From: Mobula hypostoma
Taxonomy: Eukaryota
Reading direction: 5' to 3'
Assembly: GCF_963921235.1 (NCBI RefSeq)
Contig: NC_086108.1
Location: forward strand, 66,962,001 to 67,026,000
DNA length: 64,000 nucleotides
In this document: piece by piece, positions 38,600 through 51,341 of the stretch
Position numbering within the stretch: position 1 is the stretch's first letter
Layout of the letters: every line of letters starts with the position of its first letter
Position numbers and translations under genes: made by a program
The notes under the pieces: model-generated
Databases searched by the model: none
What the model saw: only the letters and a program-made list of their open reading frames with translations
Told to the model about the DNA's origin: nothing

Positions 38600-39930
38600 C
38601 TCTCAGGTTGCTGGCATATGTAATCTTCTCTTCCCAGATGTGGGCAATTTATGACTGAAGTTTTAGAGCTTTAGCGTGGATACTATCTGCACTCAAAGTC
38701 TTGTTTTTGTTGTATATGGCCTTTTTGATTTCTTTTTGGTCAGGAGAGGTGATAAGGCACCACCAATTAGTTTCCTTTTGGATGCCATCAAGGGCAATCA
38801 CAACAACAGGGATTGAGAAAATCTTCAAAGTCTTACTTCTAGTGGGTACTGGCTACTTCTTGATCTTTGATAGGTTCGCTGCACTCTTGGCTCTGAGTGG
38901 GTTGGTTCCCTGCGGTTTGGGTCATGCAGGGTTTTGAAAACACTTAAGAACCCATGCAAGTCATGATTGGTGCTGAGTGCTGAATTATCTTTGGCATCTG
39001 CTCTGGCACCTGAGATGCAGATATACTTTTGCAGTCTCTCACTTAAGTGACAATGTTCTCTAAAAGGTGATAGAGTCTGGGTCATGCGATGCCATGAAAA
39101 CTTGCATTTGCCTCTCTGATGTAGGTTATGAAAAGATAAAAGTGTCTTATCAGTAAACTTTGATGGATTTGGCCTTCCCAAATCCCTCCATTCCGATTAC
39201 ACCATGTTAGAGGGTTGCATTTTTGCACTGAAACTGCCTCCCCCTCCTGGATGCAGACCAGGTTTTTTATGAGGTTGGCAATGAAGTTCTTCTTGGTCTC
39301 CACTAGAGAACAGAGGTGAACCAAACCTCAGTGACCAAGCTGCTGGGCGCTCATTGACACTTACATTTTCATTATTCTAGTCTCCAAGCCATGTTGACTT
39401 GCTCACTGGTGTATGCAATGAATCATTCAAATAAACGTAATCCACCGATCTGGCCCTGCTGTACATTACAATTTTATGAGCAACCTCTATCCCTTATCCT
39501 GCCACATTGCCACCACCACCAAATAATAAGTCTAAAGCAAGACCCTGGAAAAGAATTCTCAGGAGCCACTTCTAAGCAAAGCCAAACATCGGTGATGAAA
39601 TGTACCATCCTGTTCAGAGTGCCAGCATAGCCTTTGGTCTTCTGGGCCACACAATGTTTGAAGCCTGACTCTTGGTAATCCCAATCCCTTGACCAGTCAT
39701 GGTGGAGTTGGAACTCAGAACTTTTGCTGAGTCCACATGCAAGGAGCTATGCATATACAGAACAACTGTGCCAGCTCACAAATTACTTGCCCTTATGACT
39801 TACTGGGCACATCCTGTCAGGTGCGGCAGAGTCTGAGGATCCCACACTGGCCTCATCGGTTACCTCAGAACTCACAGAACTGGTGTGACAGTGGATGGAA
39901 ACAAGTCAGCTTTGATCAGAAAGGGCTATG
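38600..39930 (-). mobile_element. Heavily degraded RTE (BovB-like) endonuclease/RT region
   Basis: Remnants GVIGMEGFGKA, HQRGKCKFSWH and STNHDLHGF. Confidence 0.5.
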
Positions 39931-40595
39931 AAGAATTAGCAAGAAAAGAATTAAAAACTATAGCCTCCTTGTTATGAGAACACTTTTTAAAAAGTCTATC
40001 AAATTACACTGTGGCCCTCAATGGCACATTTAACATTGTCATCAACATCTAAAATCTACATAACCTTCATTGCTTATTACTGAAGACCAATGTATACGTA
40101 GGCGGCCTTTGTATCTAGATATTAATATGGGTATAGGTCAGGATGTCATCAATGATGAGATGAGATTCTCTGAAAAGACATCCCTGCAAACTTTACCTTC
40201 CTACCCCTACTATCTTGAACTACAAAAAGGATAAAAGACTTAAATTTCAATGTAAACCTTTAATAATCAAATGAGTTAACCAAAATAATAATCCTCTATA
40301 TTTACAGATCTAAATGCTGACATTAAAGTTGGAAACAATACATTTGGCCAATCGTATCAAAATATTATCAAAACATGTGAAGAATTTCTTCAACTTATCA
40401 CTGCTCGTAAACCATAAAAAGTTGGAGGAAAATAAGTACAAAAAATTCAAAATATAAAATAGAAATCCTCAGGACAGAAGTTTTCCTTCCAAATAATAAA
40501 CCTCATCTCACTTAAAATAAATGCTCTAGAAATGTAAGATCTCTATCTATAATGGAAAAATATCAAAGTATTTTGTAATTCTTCAACTGGCCTAT

Positions 40596-41079
40596 CTCTC
40601 TCCCTCTCTCTCTGGCTATCCATCCCATAGGATGATGATGGTTCCTTTCAGTCAGTCATTGGGGTGGTACCCCATTCCTCAGAAAGGAACAGCATGTGCA
40701 TGAGTGGATTTTAGGTGAGTAGGGTGTTGCACAGGTCCAGACCCACCCTCTCGACATCGCCTCCCGGATCCAGCGGCATGGTGGGACCCAAGACAGCTGG
40801 GGGAAGTTCTGCTGCAGTGAATGGCCAGACCAAGCTTCGGTGCAAAGGATGCCCTTTCTAGTCTTCACGGCACGTGTTTGTTAGATGGCCGTTCACCCTA
40901 CAAGAGGGTTCATCCGCCCTTTGACAGGTCTTGGTTTTCATACTGCAGTGCGTCTAGCCACCCTCCTCACCTGGCAAGCCTGGTGGGGGAGCCGGTTTAG
41001 TCGCCGACCATCCGACCATGCGACAGGTAGTACTGGGTTACATGGTACCAGTAGCACTCAGACCAGTGACCTGACCATC
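40596..41079 (-). mobile_element. Non-autonomous retroelement related to 24318-24893
   Basis: Shared motifs ctaaacc, ccaggtgagg, ggcggat, gcc(a/g)ctggatcc and ctg(c/t)gcaac...ctcac(t/c)taaa. (AG)n tail and TSD CCTAT. Confidence 0.7.
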
Positions 41080-43389
41080 CCTATATTACCACAGGGATCA
41101 TCTTCCTCAGTTCCACACAGCAAATTCTAAAATTAGAATTCCAGAAAGTACATTTGTATGTTTTTTTTTGTTATTTTGTTAAGATACTACCATAGAATCC
41201 AATGTTCAATGTGAAAGTCTAGTGGAAGCACAGTTTGCAATTGTCTAGTGTCAAAGAATAAATACAGATGTTAAGATGTATTTACAGTGCAACTTCAGAT
41301 TTTGTGCTGCCAGAAATTGCATGCTGAGTGTGTATTGGAATAACAAGACAATTCATATACTGGACCAATGTGATCCTATTTACATTACTGGCACCTCTTT
41401 GGCTGGAACTTTAACTGTCAAGTTTATGCTTGAGAAGACCTAACTCCCAAAAATTAGAAGTGCTCACATTTAGAGCTGGTTCCTTTCTCTAAATATTTTG
41501 ATCAAGGTCAGGCAGGTTTATATAATGCCTGTGGTTGGCTCCAACTGACCTCTGAATATTTGCGATTTGGTTTTAAGACTGCAATTTTTTTACACTCCAT
41601 GTGTCAAACTGAGTCAATGAAGGACAGCCAGCATACTGACCCGACTACAGGGAGCATTTCTGCAAGGCTAATTCCGGGCCTGACCCTTGGATTAATACTG
41701 CCAAAATCACATCACTGCAATGTGAAAATGTATGTTGGTCAAGAGTAAGTGAGGGTGCAAATGGAATGTTGAACATCAAGCAAATGGGTGATGTTTACTA
41801 AAGAGAGCCAAGAACAAGACAAGAATACAATAATAAAATATGAGGAGGAAAGTTAGAAGTAGGTGGGAAACATTTTCAGCTTGCTGAGTTTCTTCATGCA
41901 TTGGGTTACATTCAAATCTGAACCATGGGCATCCCTGCAGTGAGGTCAGAGACAACCCTTTTGATGGTGCTTGAATGTTTTGTCCTAACATCCTCACCCT
42001 ACAGATCTCAGAGCTGTTGTGCACACCTGGCGTGCTGGCTATTGATACCAGAAGTAACAGGAGGAAAAGTTTTACTACTGCTAAAATCACCAGCTAGAGC
42101 AGATTGCCTTCACACTTATTATTTTACATTACTAGGTTTTCATTTCAGCATGGAAGCAGCACTGAAACATTAGTAAACAGTCAAAATTACAGGGGTCTTC
42201 AGTGCAAATCCAGAGGTTACCAAATCTGCCATTAGTTCAATCATACTGAATTTAATAGGTGAGATAAATTGTTCCTTTGGCACCTGCACCAATGGCTAAT
42301 GGGACAAGGGGTATAATTATCACAGTTGTGAACTCCTGCCATTGGCTGCCCCCGAGACCTGTCAGGCCATAATCTGCAGCCTTCAACCCATCACAGGTGC
42401 CATCACAACATTGTCCCTGGGGTGTGCAAAGTGCAGTGACTGAGAATTCACTGGAGTTTCCAGAGCCCTTCTAATTTTCAAAAATTAAGAGTCAAATCTG
42501 GAGTTCATAGGGATGCTAAGGAGTCCCTGACGACAAGCTCAGGAGAGCTGGATTCAGGAATTAAGTAGCCTTCATAATCAGGTGAGTATGCTTCAGACAG
42601 CTCCTCATTCTGGGGCATCCATCTGTGCAAGTCCTTACCTTAATGGTCCCTCACAAATTAAGTACATTCTTGCAAGGTGGTCCCACTGGATTCCTTCAGT
42701 TGCTCTGTCATATTGACAGACTGAGCACCTGTATAAAATGGGCTCTAGGAGATTCTGAACTTGAATATCAAAGAACTTCATCGTTTTAAGTTACTCTACC
42801 ATTTGAGGAGGCTTGTATGCTGGCAGCTGTTTCTGACTACAGCGTTGTGCCTCAGAGCAAGGCAGTTTTTTTCCCCATACTGTTTCCTGTTGTTTTCCTT
42901 CACTTTAACACTCCTTTGATAGCATCGCTCCTGCAGCCAGCAGTCCGCTCCTACAGCATAAACAACCAGGGAGTTGCCAATGCCTTTGCTGGATTTGGAG
43001 GGGAAAGAGAATTTTCAGAGCAGCAAGAAAAGGCAGCTGGCCAGCAGCAGTCTGTCCAAAAGTTACATTGATTAGCCCGGACACAGCTACTTGAGCTTCG
43101 GAGGAGGAGAACAACGTTTGGCATCTCCACTTCACTAAGACTGCTACAAGACACTCAGATGATATTCAGCAAACCTCTATTTCCATAGTATTTGGTGACA
43201 CTGATTGCACATTTCAAGCAATTTCTGGAATTATTTATAGATCTGCTGCATATTTTTACCCCGCCCCCCCCCCCCCATTAAATGAGCTTCACTGATTCTG
43301 TTTGGAAAAGGAGATGAAGCTCGGTTTTCCTTTGAAAAGATGAAATACCAAGGGCAAGTCTCAGCAGTTCCTAGATAGAGTTCCCAGAT

Positions 43390-44030
43390 GTGAACCAATC
43401 CCTAGTTTTAATACAGATGTTGGTTGAAGAATTACTGTTGGCCAATATTCACATGAAAGTGTTGAGTGAGGACTGTGTTTAACATTTCATTTGAAAACCA
43501 AACCCTTTGACAATACGACACTCTTTAGTACTGCTCTGAAGGTCAAGACCACCTCATGAATGAGAGGGGATCTCATAGAAACATTTCAAATGTTGAAAGG
43601 GGTGGACAGAGTAGACGTGGAAAGGCTGTTTCCCTTGTTAGGTGAGTCCAGGACAAGAGGTCACAGTCTTAGAATTAGAGGGTACCCATTTAAAACAGAG
43701 ATGAGGAGAAATTTTTTTAGCCAGAGGGCCGTGGATTTGTGGAATTCGTTGCCACATACAGCTGTGGAGGCCTGAACATTGAGGGTGTTTAAGGAGGAGA
43801 TTGATAGGTATCTGATTAGTCAGGGTATCAAGGGATATGGGGAAAAAGCCAGAAATTGGAACTAGATGGGAGAATAGTTTAGCTCATGGTGGAGTGGCGG
43901 AGCAGACCCGATGGGCCGAATGGCCTACTTCTGCTCTTTTGTCTTGTGATCTTGTGATGAACTGATGTCAGAGGAGTGGTGTCTGAGCTCTTGAGCTGCT
44001 AATTCAGAAGTGAATCTTTGACCAGACAAA
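43390..44030 (-). mobile_element. DeuSINE-like relic interrupted by a CR1 insertion
   Basis: gatgttggttgaag...gtttaacatttcatttgaaa...ctctttagtactgctctgaaggtca resumes after the CR1 as ggagtggtgtctgagc. Confidence 0.5.
43561..43956 (+). mobile_element. Young CR1 3' fragment
   Basis: MRGDLIETF...RTRGHSLRI...FFSQRAVDLWNSLP, a (TCTTGTGA)2 tail and a possible TSD ATGAA. Confidence 0.92.
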
Positions 44031-44340
44031 GTACACAAGAATCTACAGCTGATCTAAAGACACCATGGAGTGGATATCTTTAGTTTAAGGAAACAGAGCT
44101 GGTTTTGGAATAGATTTTCCATTTAAAATATTTCAACAACCTATTTCTCTTCCAGCTGATCTGGGAGATTAGCTCCACCTATTACATCTAAAAAAAATAC
44201 AGAGTACAATTCAACCAACTTGAGTCCTAGAAAAAACAGCATAGGGACGGGCACTTTGTCTCGAAAACTCTGTGCTAACCATTCAGCACCTGTTTTGACA
44301 TAATCATATTCTACTCCATTTTACCCCCTCCCCCATGAGC

Positions 44341-44800
44341 TTACTGCTGCCTGTAAGGGGTTTGTACAGTCTCCCTGTGATCACATGGCTCTCCTCCAAT
44401 TACTCCAGTTTCCCCCCACAATCCAAAGTAGTACCATTTGATAGGGTGATTGGTCATTGTAAACGGTCCTGTGTTTAGGTTACGATTAAATGAGGGGTAG
44501 CTACTGTCATGTCTCAAAGAGCCAGAAGGGCCTATTCTGTACTGTATCACAATAAATAAATATTTTAAAAATCCATGCTCACTTATCCCAGGTTACTACA
44601 ACTCACCTATACACCTAGGGACTTAATGGCTGCTAATTAACCTACCAACCCAAATATTTTTTGGATGTTGGATTCAACTGAAGCATTCAGAGGAAGTGAA
44701 CGCAGTCACAAGGAGAACATGCAGACTCCACACAGACAGCACCACAGGTCAAGCTTGAACCCAGGTCACTAGAGCTTCACACTCAGCATCACTGTTGCTA
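44341..44800. mobile_element. Two V-SINEs in convergent orientation
   Basis: Plus copy at about 44341-44560 and minus copy at about 44590-44800. Confidence 0.75.
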
Positions 44801-45384
44801 AAAGATCAGAATTCGGCAGCTACAAAAGAAACTACACAGAAACAACCAACAATAATGCTTGGGATTAATTGAACTTGCGTAGCTTTGGGGAAAGAGCCAG
44901 GCAAAGATTCAATTTTCAATGAGAAGCCAGTCACAATCATTTGCCTGTTTACAAGTTCTAACTACAAGTATTTCCAGGAACCAGTGCATGAGTTGAAATC
45001 GTAACTAATAGACATTACCACTTCAGGTTCAAGCATTGCTGAAAGTCATCGTGTAGCCCTGAAGACAAGGATTGCAATGCAGATATGGGATTGGACACCA
45101 TTTCACAGGTGGACACTGGAAAGAGCCCAGGCCACTGGACAGAAGGATAAAAGCGATGGGAGGTAACAACAATATAATAGCAGCTGATGATCTACTGACA
45201 ATGAAGAATTTTGCCTGACAGTAACTAGCCTACATCCTGGAAATTCACCAACGGTAGAAGTAATAACTGGAGGAGAGCCAGGCTGCTGTGGAAGAGCCAA
45301 GTATGTTTGCCTGCCCTCTTTAAGCAAGGCCACCCATTGGAGATTTTTTCTGCAGGATCCATTTGAGGACAACAGGGCATTCTA

Positions 45385-45775
45385 CAAACAAAACACAAAA
45401 TATATTGGAGGAACAGAGCAAGTCAAGCAGCATCTATGGAGGAAAATGGACAGTTGACATTGAAGGTTAAGGCCTTTCTTCTGTACTGGAAAGTAAGAGG
45501 GGAGATTGTCCTCCCCTCTTGCTGGAGAGTGGAGGGAAGAGTTGGAGAAAAAGTTGGTAGGTGGTAGGTGGATCAAGATGAGTGGCTTGTGATGGCCATA
45601 GGAGGTCAGGAACGATGTCAAAGGTTGGGAGGTGATAGGTGGAAGTGACAAAGGTCTCAAGATGGTGGAATCTGATAGGAGAGTGGTATGGACTAAAAGG
45701 AGGGAGGATGGGAGAGGAACCAGTGGAGTGCATCAGTGATGGACAGATGGAGAAGAGGGAGGATGCAAGGCAGAG
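45385..45775 (-). mobile_element. Decayed Penelope 3' UTR/pLTR
   Basis: ggaggaacagagcaagtcaagcagcatctatggagg and a purine-rich UTR like 47690-48000. Confidence 0.65.
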
Positions 45776-45777
45776 TG

Positions 45778-45857
45778 CAGGGGTTCCCAACATGGAATCC
45801 ACCCACCATTTGCTTAATGGTATCGGTCCATGGCTTTAAAATGGTTGGGAACCCCTG
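45778..45857. mobile_element. Second copy of the hAT MITE
   Basis: TIRs caggggttcccaac / gttgggaacccctg with a degenerate TSD GCAGAGTG/GCATAGGG. Confidence 0.85.
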
Positions 45858-46929
45858 GCATAGGGTGGTGTGGACCAGTTGGATTGTGTCTCAGTTTTAC
45901 GGACGAGGATTGTTATGCATGGACAGCAAGATGCTGGCATTCAAAAAAAAAACAACACATGAAATGCCTAACTCCAACATTAAATAAGAGTTGTATGAAG
46001 ACCTTACTTCTAGCTTTGGAGATGATAGTAGGCAGAAATAAGCAATCATGGAGGCAATAATGAATAATGTGTCAAATAGTGGTTGATGAGAGAAGGTACC
46101 CAAACACGAGTGCTGCCATCATTGCTTTGGATGAATTGCTCTGGTTTGAAAGGACCTTGAGGGGTCCAACAGGTTCTTACATTTCCTGGGGACTTGGTCA
46201 TGACAGTAGAAATGGTCTTGTGGGGCATAACTGTTCAGTTCTCTCTCAGGATGACAGCATACATGCCCCCCAGCACTTGTTTCCAGCCAACAGCTGGTCC
46301 ACATTGATTAACATTGTTTCCAAAAATAAAATCTGGTAGTTACCATTGCAATAATCAGGGCCAAAAAAGATTTGCTGAGCAGCATCCATGAGATGATAAG
46401 TAGTTAATTTTTGTTTTCACTTGGCTGGTTGAATGCTTAACAAAGTGGTATCTTGCTCACTAGGTGTTAACAGCTGTGTTAGAACATTGCCCTCAATTAT
46501 TTACATACCTTTCACATTTTTTTAAAAGTGGTTGTTCTTTAAACATACAATGGTTAAAGTAGCAAATATGTCTTTTGATTCCTTTGCTGAACCATTTAAG
46601 ATGGTGCAATAATGTATTTAAACATACAACTGCATGGCAAATTTTAAAATGTGGTCATGCAAACAAGACCCAGCAGTTGGATTGCCCTGACCTTTGAACT
46701 GTGAGGCCTTCTATACACATCATCCCAGCTGTCTCTTGCAAAAAAATTAAGAAATGAAACCGTTTTTGGCTTCTCTATATCGTATCATATTTCTGTCGTA
46801 CAAGCTGATTTATTTTATTTAACACACACGTCAACATAACAGAACATGTTATTACTTCTTGTCAGAAGGCAATTGACTTAAATAATTAGAGCAGACAATG
46901 AACCTATCTTAAATGCTGCAAGCATGATA

Positions 46930-47515
46930 ATATATTCCTCCTGATCTTCTTTGACCAATTTACAGCCACTTCAACTTGCAAAGTTGACCACTTCATCTTC
47001 CTCCTTCATTATCCAGATTCTAAATATCCTTTCCTGCTTCAATTCATCTCCAATCTGTCTCAATGGGAAAATGAACTTGCAAAGCCATAGCTCTGCTACC
47101 AGTTTCCAAACTCATACTGTTTTTGCCATCACTCTTGTGCTCTCAATTCAACAACATCCCAACATTACAATTCTCCTCCTTTACAAATCTCTCCATGGCC
47201 TCACTTTTTCATAATTGTGAATTCTCTTCCAGCATCATAATTCTCCAAATATCTGCATGCCAAATCTGAACTTTTACAGATTCACAATCATACTCCATTA
47301 TTGCAGGCCATGCCTTCAACTACTTAAAGCCCCGCGACCTCCTCTCTCAATCTTAACTATTCTAACAAAGTACTTTTTGACCAAGTTTTTAATTCCCTGC
47401 ACCATTATGTTCTGATATGCCTTGGCATTCCATTTTGTATGATAATATTCCTGTGAAGTGCTTCAAGAGATTTAACTGCATTAAAGGAACCATAAAGTTT
47501 GTCCCAAGTTGTTGT
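46930..47515 (+). mobile_element. Ancient L2 LINE 3' region
   Basis: ILLLYKSLHGL remnant and a tail ctgtgaagtgctt...cattaaagg...caagttgttg. Confidence 0.6.
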
Positions 47516-47689
47516 GCTTGTCTGCTGTTGGCATAAATGACATCCAGTCTGCTGTTTACCTTTCTTTTGGTTTTACTGCCTTCTTTTCTCAGCCCTGCAG
47601 TAGCCACAGAGTTCAGAAATTGGAACATCGGAAATTATCAAATCCATTCACCTTAACTAGATTTGTTTCTTGAGAACCATTTACTACTA

Positions 47690-48708
47690 AGCAACACTCA
47701 GAGCATGCTGGAGGAACTCAGCAGGTCGGGCAGCATCCATGGAAACAATGAGTCGACGTTTCGGGCCGGAACCCTTCGTCAGGACTGAAGAAAGAAGGAG
47801 GGGGAAGGATTTGAAAAATGCTTGTAGGTTCATTTGAAAGACCAGTAATTTGAAAGACAAAGGGGTGGGAGAGGGGAAGCAGGGACATCATAGGCAGAAA
47901 ACAATGGGTAGTAGAAGAAGGAGGCGGAACCATGAGGGAGGTGATAGGCAGCTGGGGGAGGGGGCAGAGTGAAATAGGGGTAGAGGAAGGGAGGGGGAGG
48001 GAATTACCGGAAGTTGGAGAATTCTATGTTCATACCAAGGGGCTGGAGACTACCTAGACAGTATATGAGGTGTTGCTCCTCCAACCTGAGTTTAGCCTCA
48101 TCATGGCAGTAAAGGAGGGCATGTATGGACATATCCGAATGGGAATGGGAAGCAGAGTTGAAGTGGGTGGCTACTGGGAGATCCTGTCTGTTCTGGCGGA
48201 CGGAGTGGAGGTGCTCGACGAAGCGGTCCCCCAATCTGCGTCGGGTTTCAATGATGTAGAGGAGGCCGCACCGGGAGCACCGGATGCAATAGATGACCCC
48301 AACAGACTCACAAGTGAAGTGTTGCCTCACCTGGAAGGACTGTTTGGGGCCCTGAATGGTGGCAAGAGAGGAGGTGTAGGGACAGGGGTAGCACTTATGC
48401 TTACAGGGATAAGTGCCGGGTGGGAGATCCGTGGGGATGGACGTGCGGATAAGGGAGTCGCGGAGGGACCGATCCCTGCGGAAAGTGGAGAGGGGTGGAG
48501 AAGGGACGATGTGCTCAGTGGTGGGGTCCTGTTGAAGGTGGCGGAAGTTGCAGAGGATAATGTGCTGGATCCGGAAGCTGGTGGGGTGGTAGGTAAGGAC
48601 AAGGGGAACTCTGTCCCTGTTGTGGTGGCGGGAGGATGGAGTGAGGGCCGAAGTGCGGGAAATGGAGGAGATGCGGGTGAGGGCATCATTGATGATGGTA
48701 GAAGGGAA
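47690..48708 (-). mobile_element. Penelope-like element (Neptune-type), 5'-truncated, GIY-YIG endonuclease
   Basis: ORF 48004-48744 with CKHKCYPC...GVIYCIRCSRCGLLYI.ETRRRLGDRF.EH and TSD ATT(T/C)ACTACTA. Confidence 0.93.
47751..47786 (-). ncRNA. Minimal type I hammerhead ribozyme in the Penelope pLTR
   Basis: AGUC-CUGACGA-A-GGG(UUCCGG)CCC-GAAA-CG-UC^GACU, with all core nucleotides intact. Confidence 0.8.
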
Positions 48709-49781
48709 ATTCACTACTATTGTTAATCTATTTACAACAGGCAAGCAGCCATTATCGTGTGGTGTGCGTGTAGAATCGGCCCTTCAACTCTGGCAGTGCA
48801 AAGCAGGTAACAACTCCTCATCCAACCTCACACTTCATAAAACTTCCTCATTGTTAATATCCTTCCATTACAATTGATCTGCTCACTTTCTGAGTCACAT
48901 TTATTTCAACATTAACATAACTTTTGTCTTCTGACAGAATTATAATTAATTCAACTTCAGCTCCAAAACCACAGTGAATCTGACATCACAATCTGACGTT
49001 CCATCAATAAGACATCTCTATGTGAAAACAAAGATTTTCTCTTGTGCTGGGTAAAACAGGATTACTCATTTTCCTTATTTTATAGTTTATCCCATAGTAA
49101 TCTTCGCACAATGTTATCACCATATAATTCTGCTTCTAAAATGGAGCTTTGATTAACCACATCTGTCTACATAAAGCCAGAAGGTCTAATTGTTATAAAT
49201 CATGAGGTCAATTAAAGGTTAATTGTTGCAGGTGATGAAAATTCACAGATTGGCAGGTGCTTGCAACTTTCGTTCTCCGATCAGAAGTTTCTTTTTCTTT
49301 TGCACTTGTGATAAAGTCTAATGACTGAAGTGCAACTGACACAAAACAGACTTTCACATAAGGGAACATGAGGGCAGAGATTTGGTTTGTGCACAAGAAC
49401 AAAAATGCAAATGTGTTCAAAAACTTGGTTCATGTTATACGCAGAGAACATCACATCTTCTTCCAAACACATTTATCTAATTTTACTTCACTTGAAAAGA
49501 GAAATCAAAGCAAATTGTAATAAACAATTTCAACAGAATAATTCTGTCCAATGAGCAGGAAGTAAATGAAAGCTCTGTATATCACAACAACCCTTCATTG
49601 CATAAAACATTAGAAAAATATTTTGGGACTAGGGGGTGAACAGCACGAGATGAAGTCAGCTAAATCACAAACAATGGAGGAAAACTCTGAGAATCCTTCT
49701 GATAGGAGATATACAGTTCAAATCCCAGACAACTGGACTGAGATAACTTAAGTATTGCTACCAATGTAGACAGGTCAGCAT

Positions 49782-51341
49782 CAGTGTTCCCTCCAAGGTG
49801 AGCATGTGTGTGCGTGCACGCACTGATATTGTGCACACAAAGAATTTCAAACTGCGCACACAAGGTTATCATCCTCTACCTTGTTGGCATGTTAAGTATA
49901 TTTCATGATCGTACAAAATCACATTTCCTTTTCCAGTTTCTGATGCAGACAGTGTTGACAATGTGGAGTTTGCGATGATTTGCCTGCAGATTTTGGAACA
50001 GGCTTATTCATACTGTTTTTATTGAAGATATCATTCAGTGCGCACATGTTGTCGTCGCTGGGTAAAAAATTGCACAGCACAACATTTTTAGTAACCATAG
50101 TAAACCATAGTAAACTACAGCACAGAAACAGGCCTTTTGGCCCCTCTTGGCTGTGCCGAACCATTTTCTCCCTAGTCCCACTGACCTGCACACGGACCAT
50201 ATCCCTCCATACACCTCCCATCCATGTATCTGTCCAATTTATTCTTAAATGTTAATAAAGAACCCGCATTTACCACCTCATCTGGCAGCTCATTCCATAC
50301 TCCCACCACTCTCTGTGTGAAGAAGCCCCCCCTAATGTTCCCTTTAAACTTTTCCCCCCTCACCCTTAACCCATGTCCTCTGGTTTTTTTCTCCCCTTGC
50401 CTCAGTGGAAAAAGCCTGCTTGCATTCACTCTATCTATACCCGTCATAATTTTATATACCTCTATCAAATCTCCCCTCATTCTTCTATGCTCCAGGGAAT
50501 AAAGTCCTAACCTATTCAACCTTTCTCTGTAACTCAGTTTCTCAAGTCCTGGCAACATCCTTGTAAACCTTCTCTGCACTCTTTCAACCTTACTTATATC
50601 CTTCCTGTAATTTGGTGACCAAAACTGAACACAATACTCCAGATTCGGCCTCACCAATGCCTTATACAACCTCATCATAACATTCCAGCTCTTATACTCA
50701 ATACTTCAATTAATAAAGGCCAATGTACCAAAAGCTCTCTTTACGACCTTATCTACCTGTGACACCACTTTTAGGGAATTTTGTATCTGTATTCCCAGAT
50801 CCCTCTGTTCTACTGCACTCCTCAGTGCCTTACCATTAACCCTGTATGTTCTACCTTGGTTTGTCCTTCCAACGTGCAATACCTCACACTTGTCAGTATT
50901 AAACTCCATCTGCCATTTTTTAGCCCATTTTTCCAGCTGGTCCAAGTCCCTCTGCAGGCTCTGAAAACCTTCCTCACTGTCTACTACACCTCCAATCTTT
51001 GTATCATCAGCAAATTTGCTGATCCAACTTACCACATTATCATCCAGATCATTGATATAGGTGACAAATAACAATGGACCCAGCACTGATCCCTGTGGCA
51101 CACCACTAGTCACAGGCCTCCACTCAGAGAAGCAATTGTCTACCACCACTCTTTGGCTTCTTCCATTGAGCCAATGTCTAATCCAATTTACCACCTCTCC
51201 ATGTATACCTAGCGACTGAATTTTTCCTAACTAACCTCCCATGCGGGACCTTGTCAAAGGCCTTACTGAAATCCATGTAGACAATATCCACTGCCTTCCC
51301 TTCATCCACTTAGAATGCGCAGAATGGTCATGGGAACATTT
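49782..51341. mobile_element. Non-autonomous hAT element split by a CR1 insertion
   Basis: TIRs cagtgttccc / gggaacattt and an 8-bp TSD GTCAGCAT/GTCAGCAA. Confidence 0.75.
50092..51310 (-). mobile_element. Young 5'-truncated CR1 LINE (RT C-terminal half)
   Basis: GVPQGSVLGPLLF...SKFADDTK... and LVRPNLEYCVQFWSP, with one in-frame TGA at 50706 and an (ATGGTTTACT)n tail. Confidence 0.95.

Noticed and set aside
41084..41090. GGTAATA as the P1 5' strand of an HDV fold for the 40596 element
   Set aside because: It lies outside the apparent TSD, and no canonical UCC-type L3 could be placed.
48070..48726. 218-aa plus-strand ORF
   Set aside because: It is the antisense shadow of the Penelope GIY-YIG ORF.
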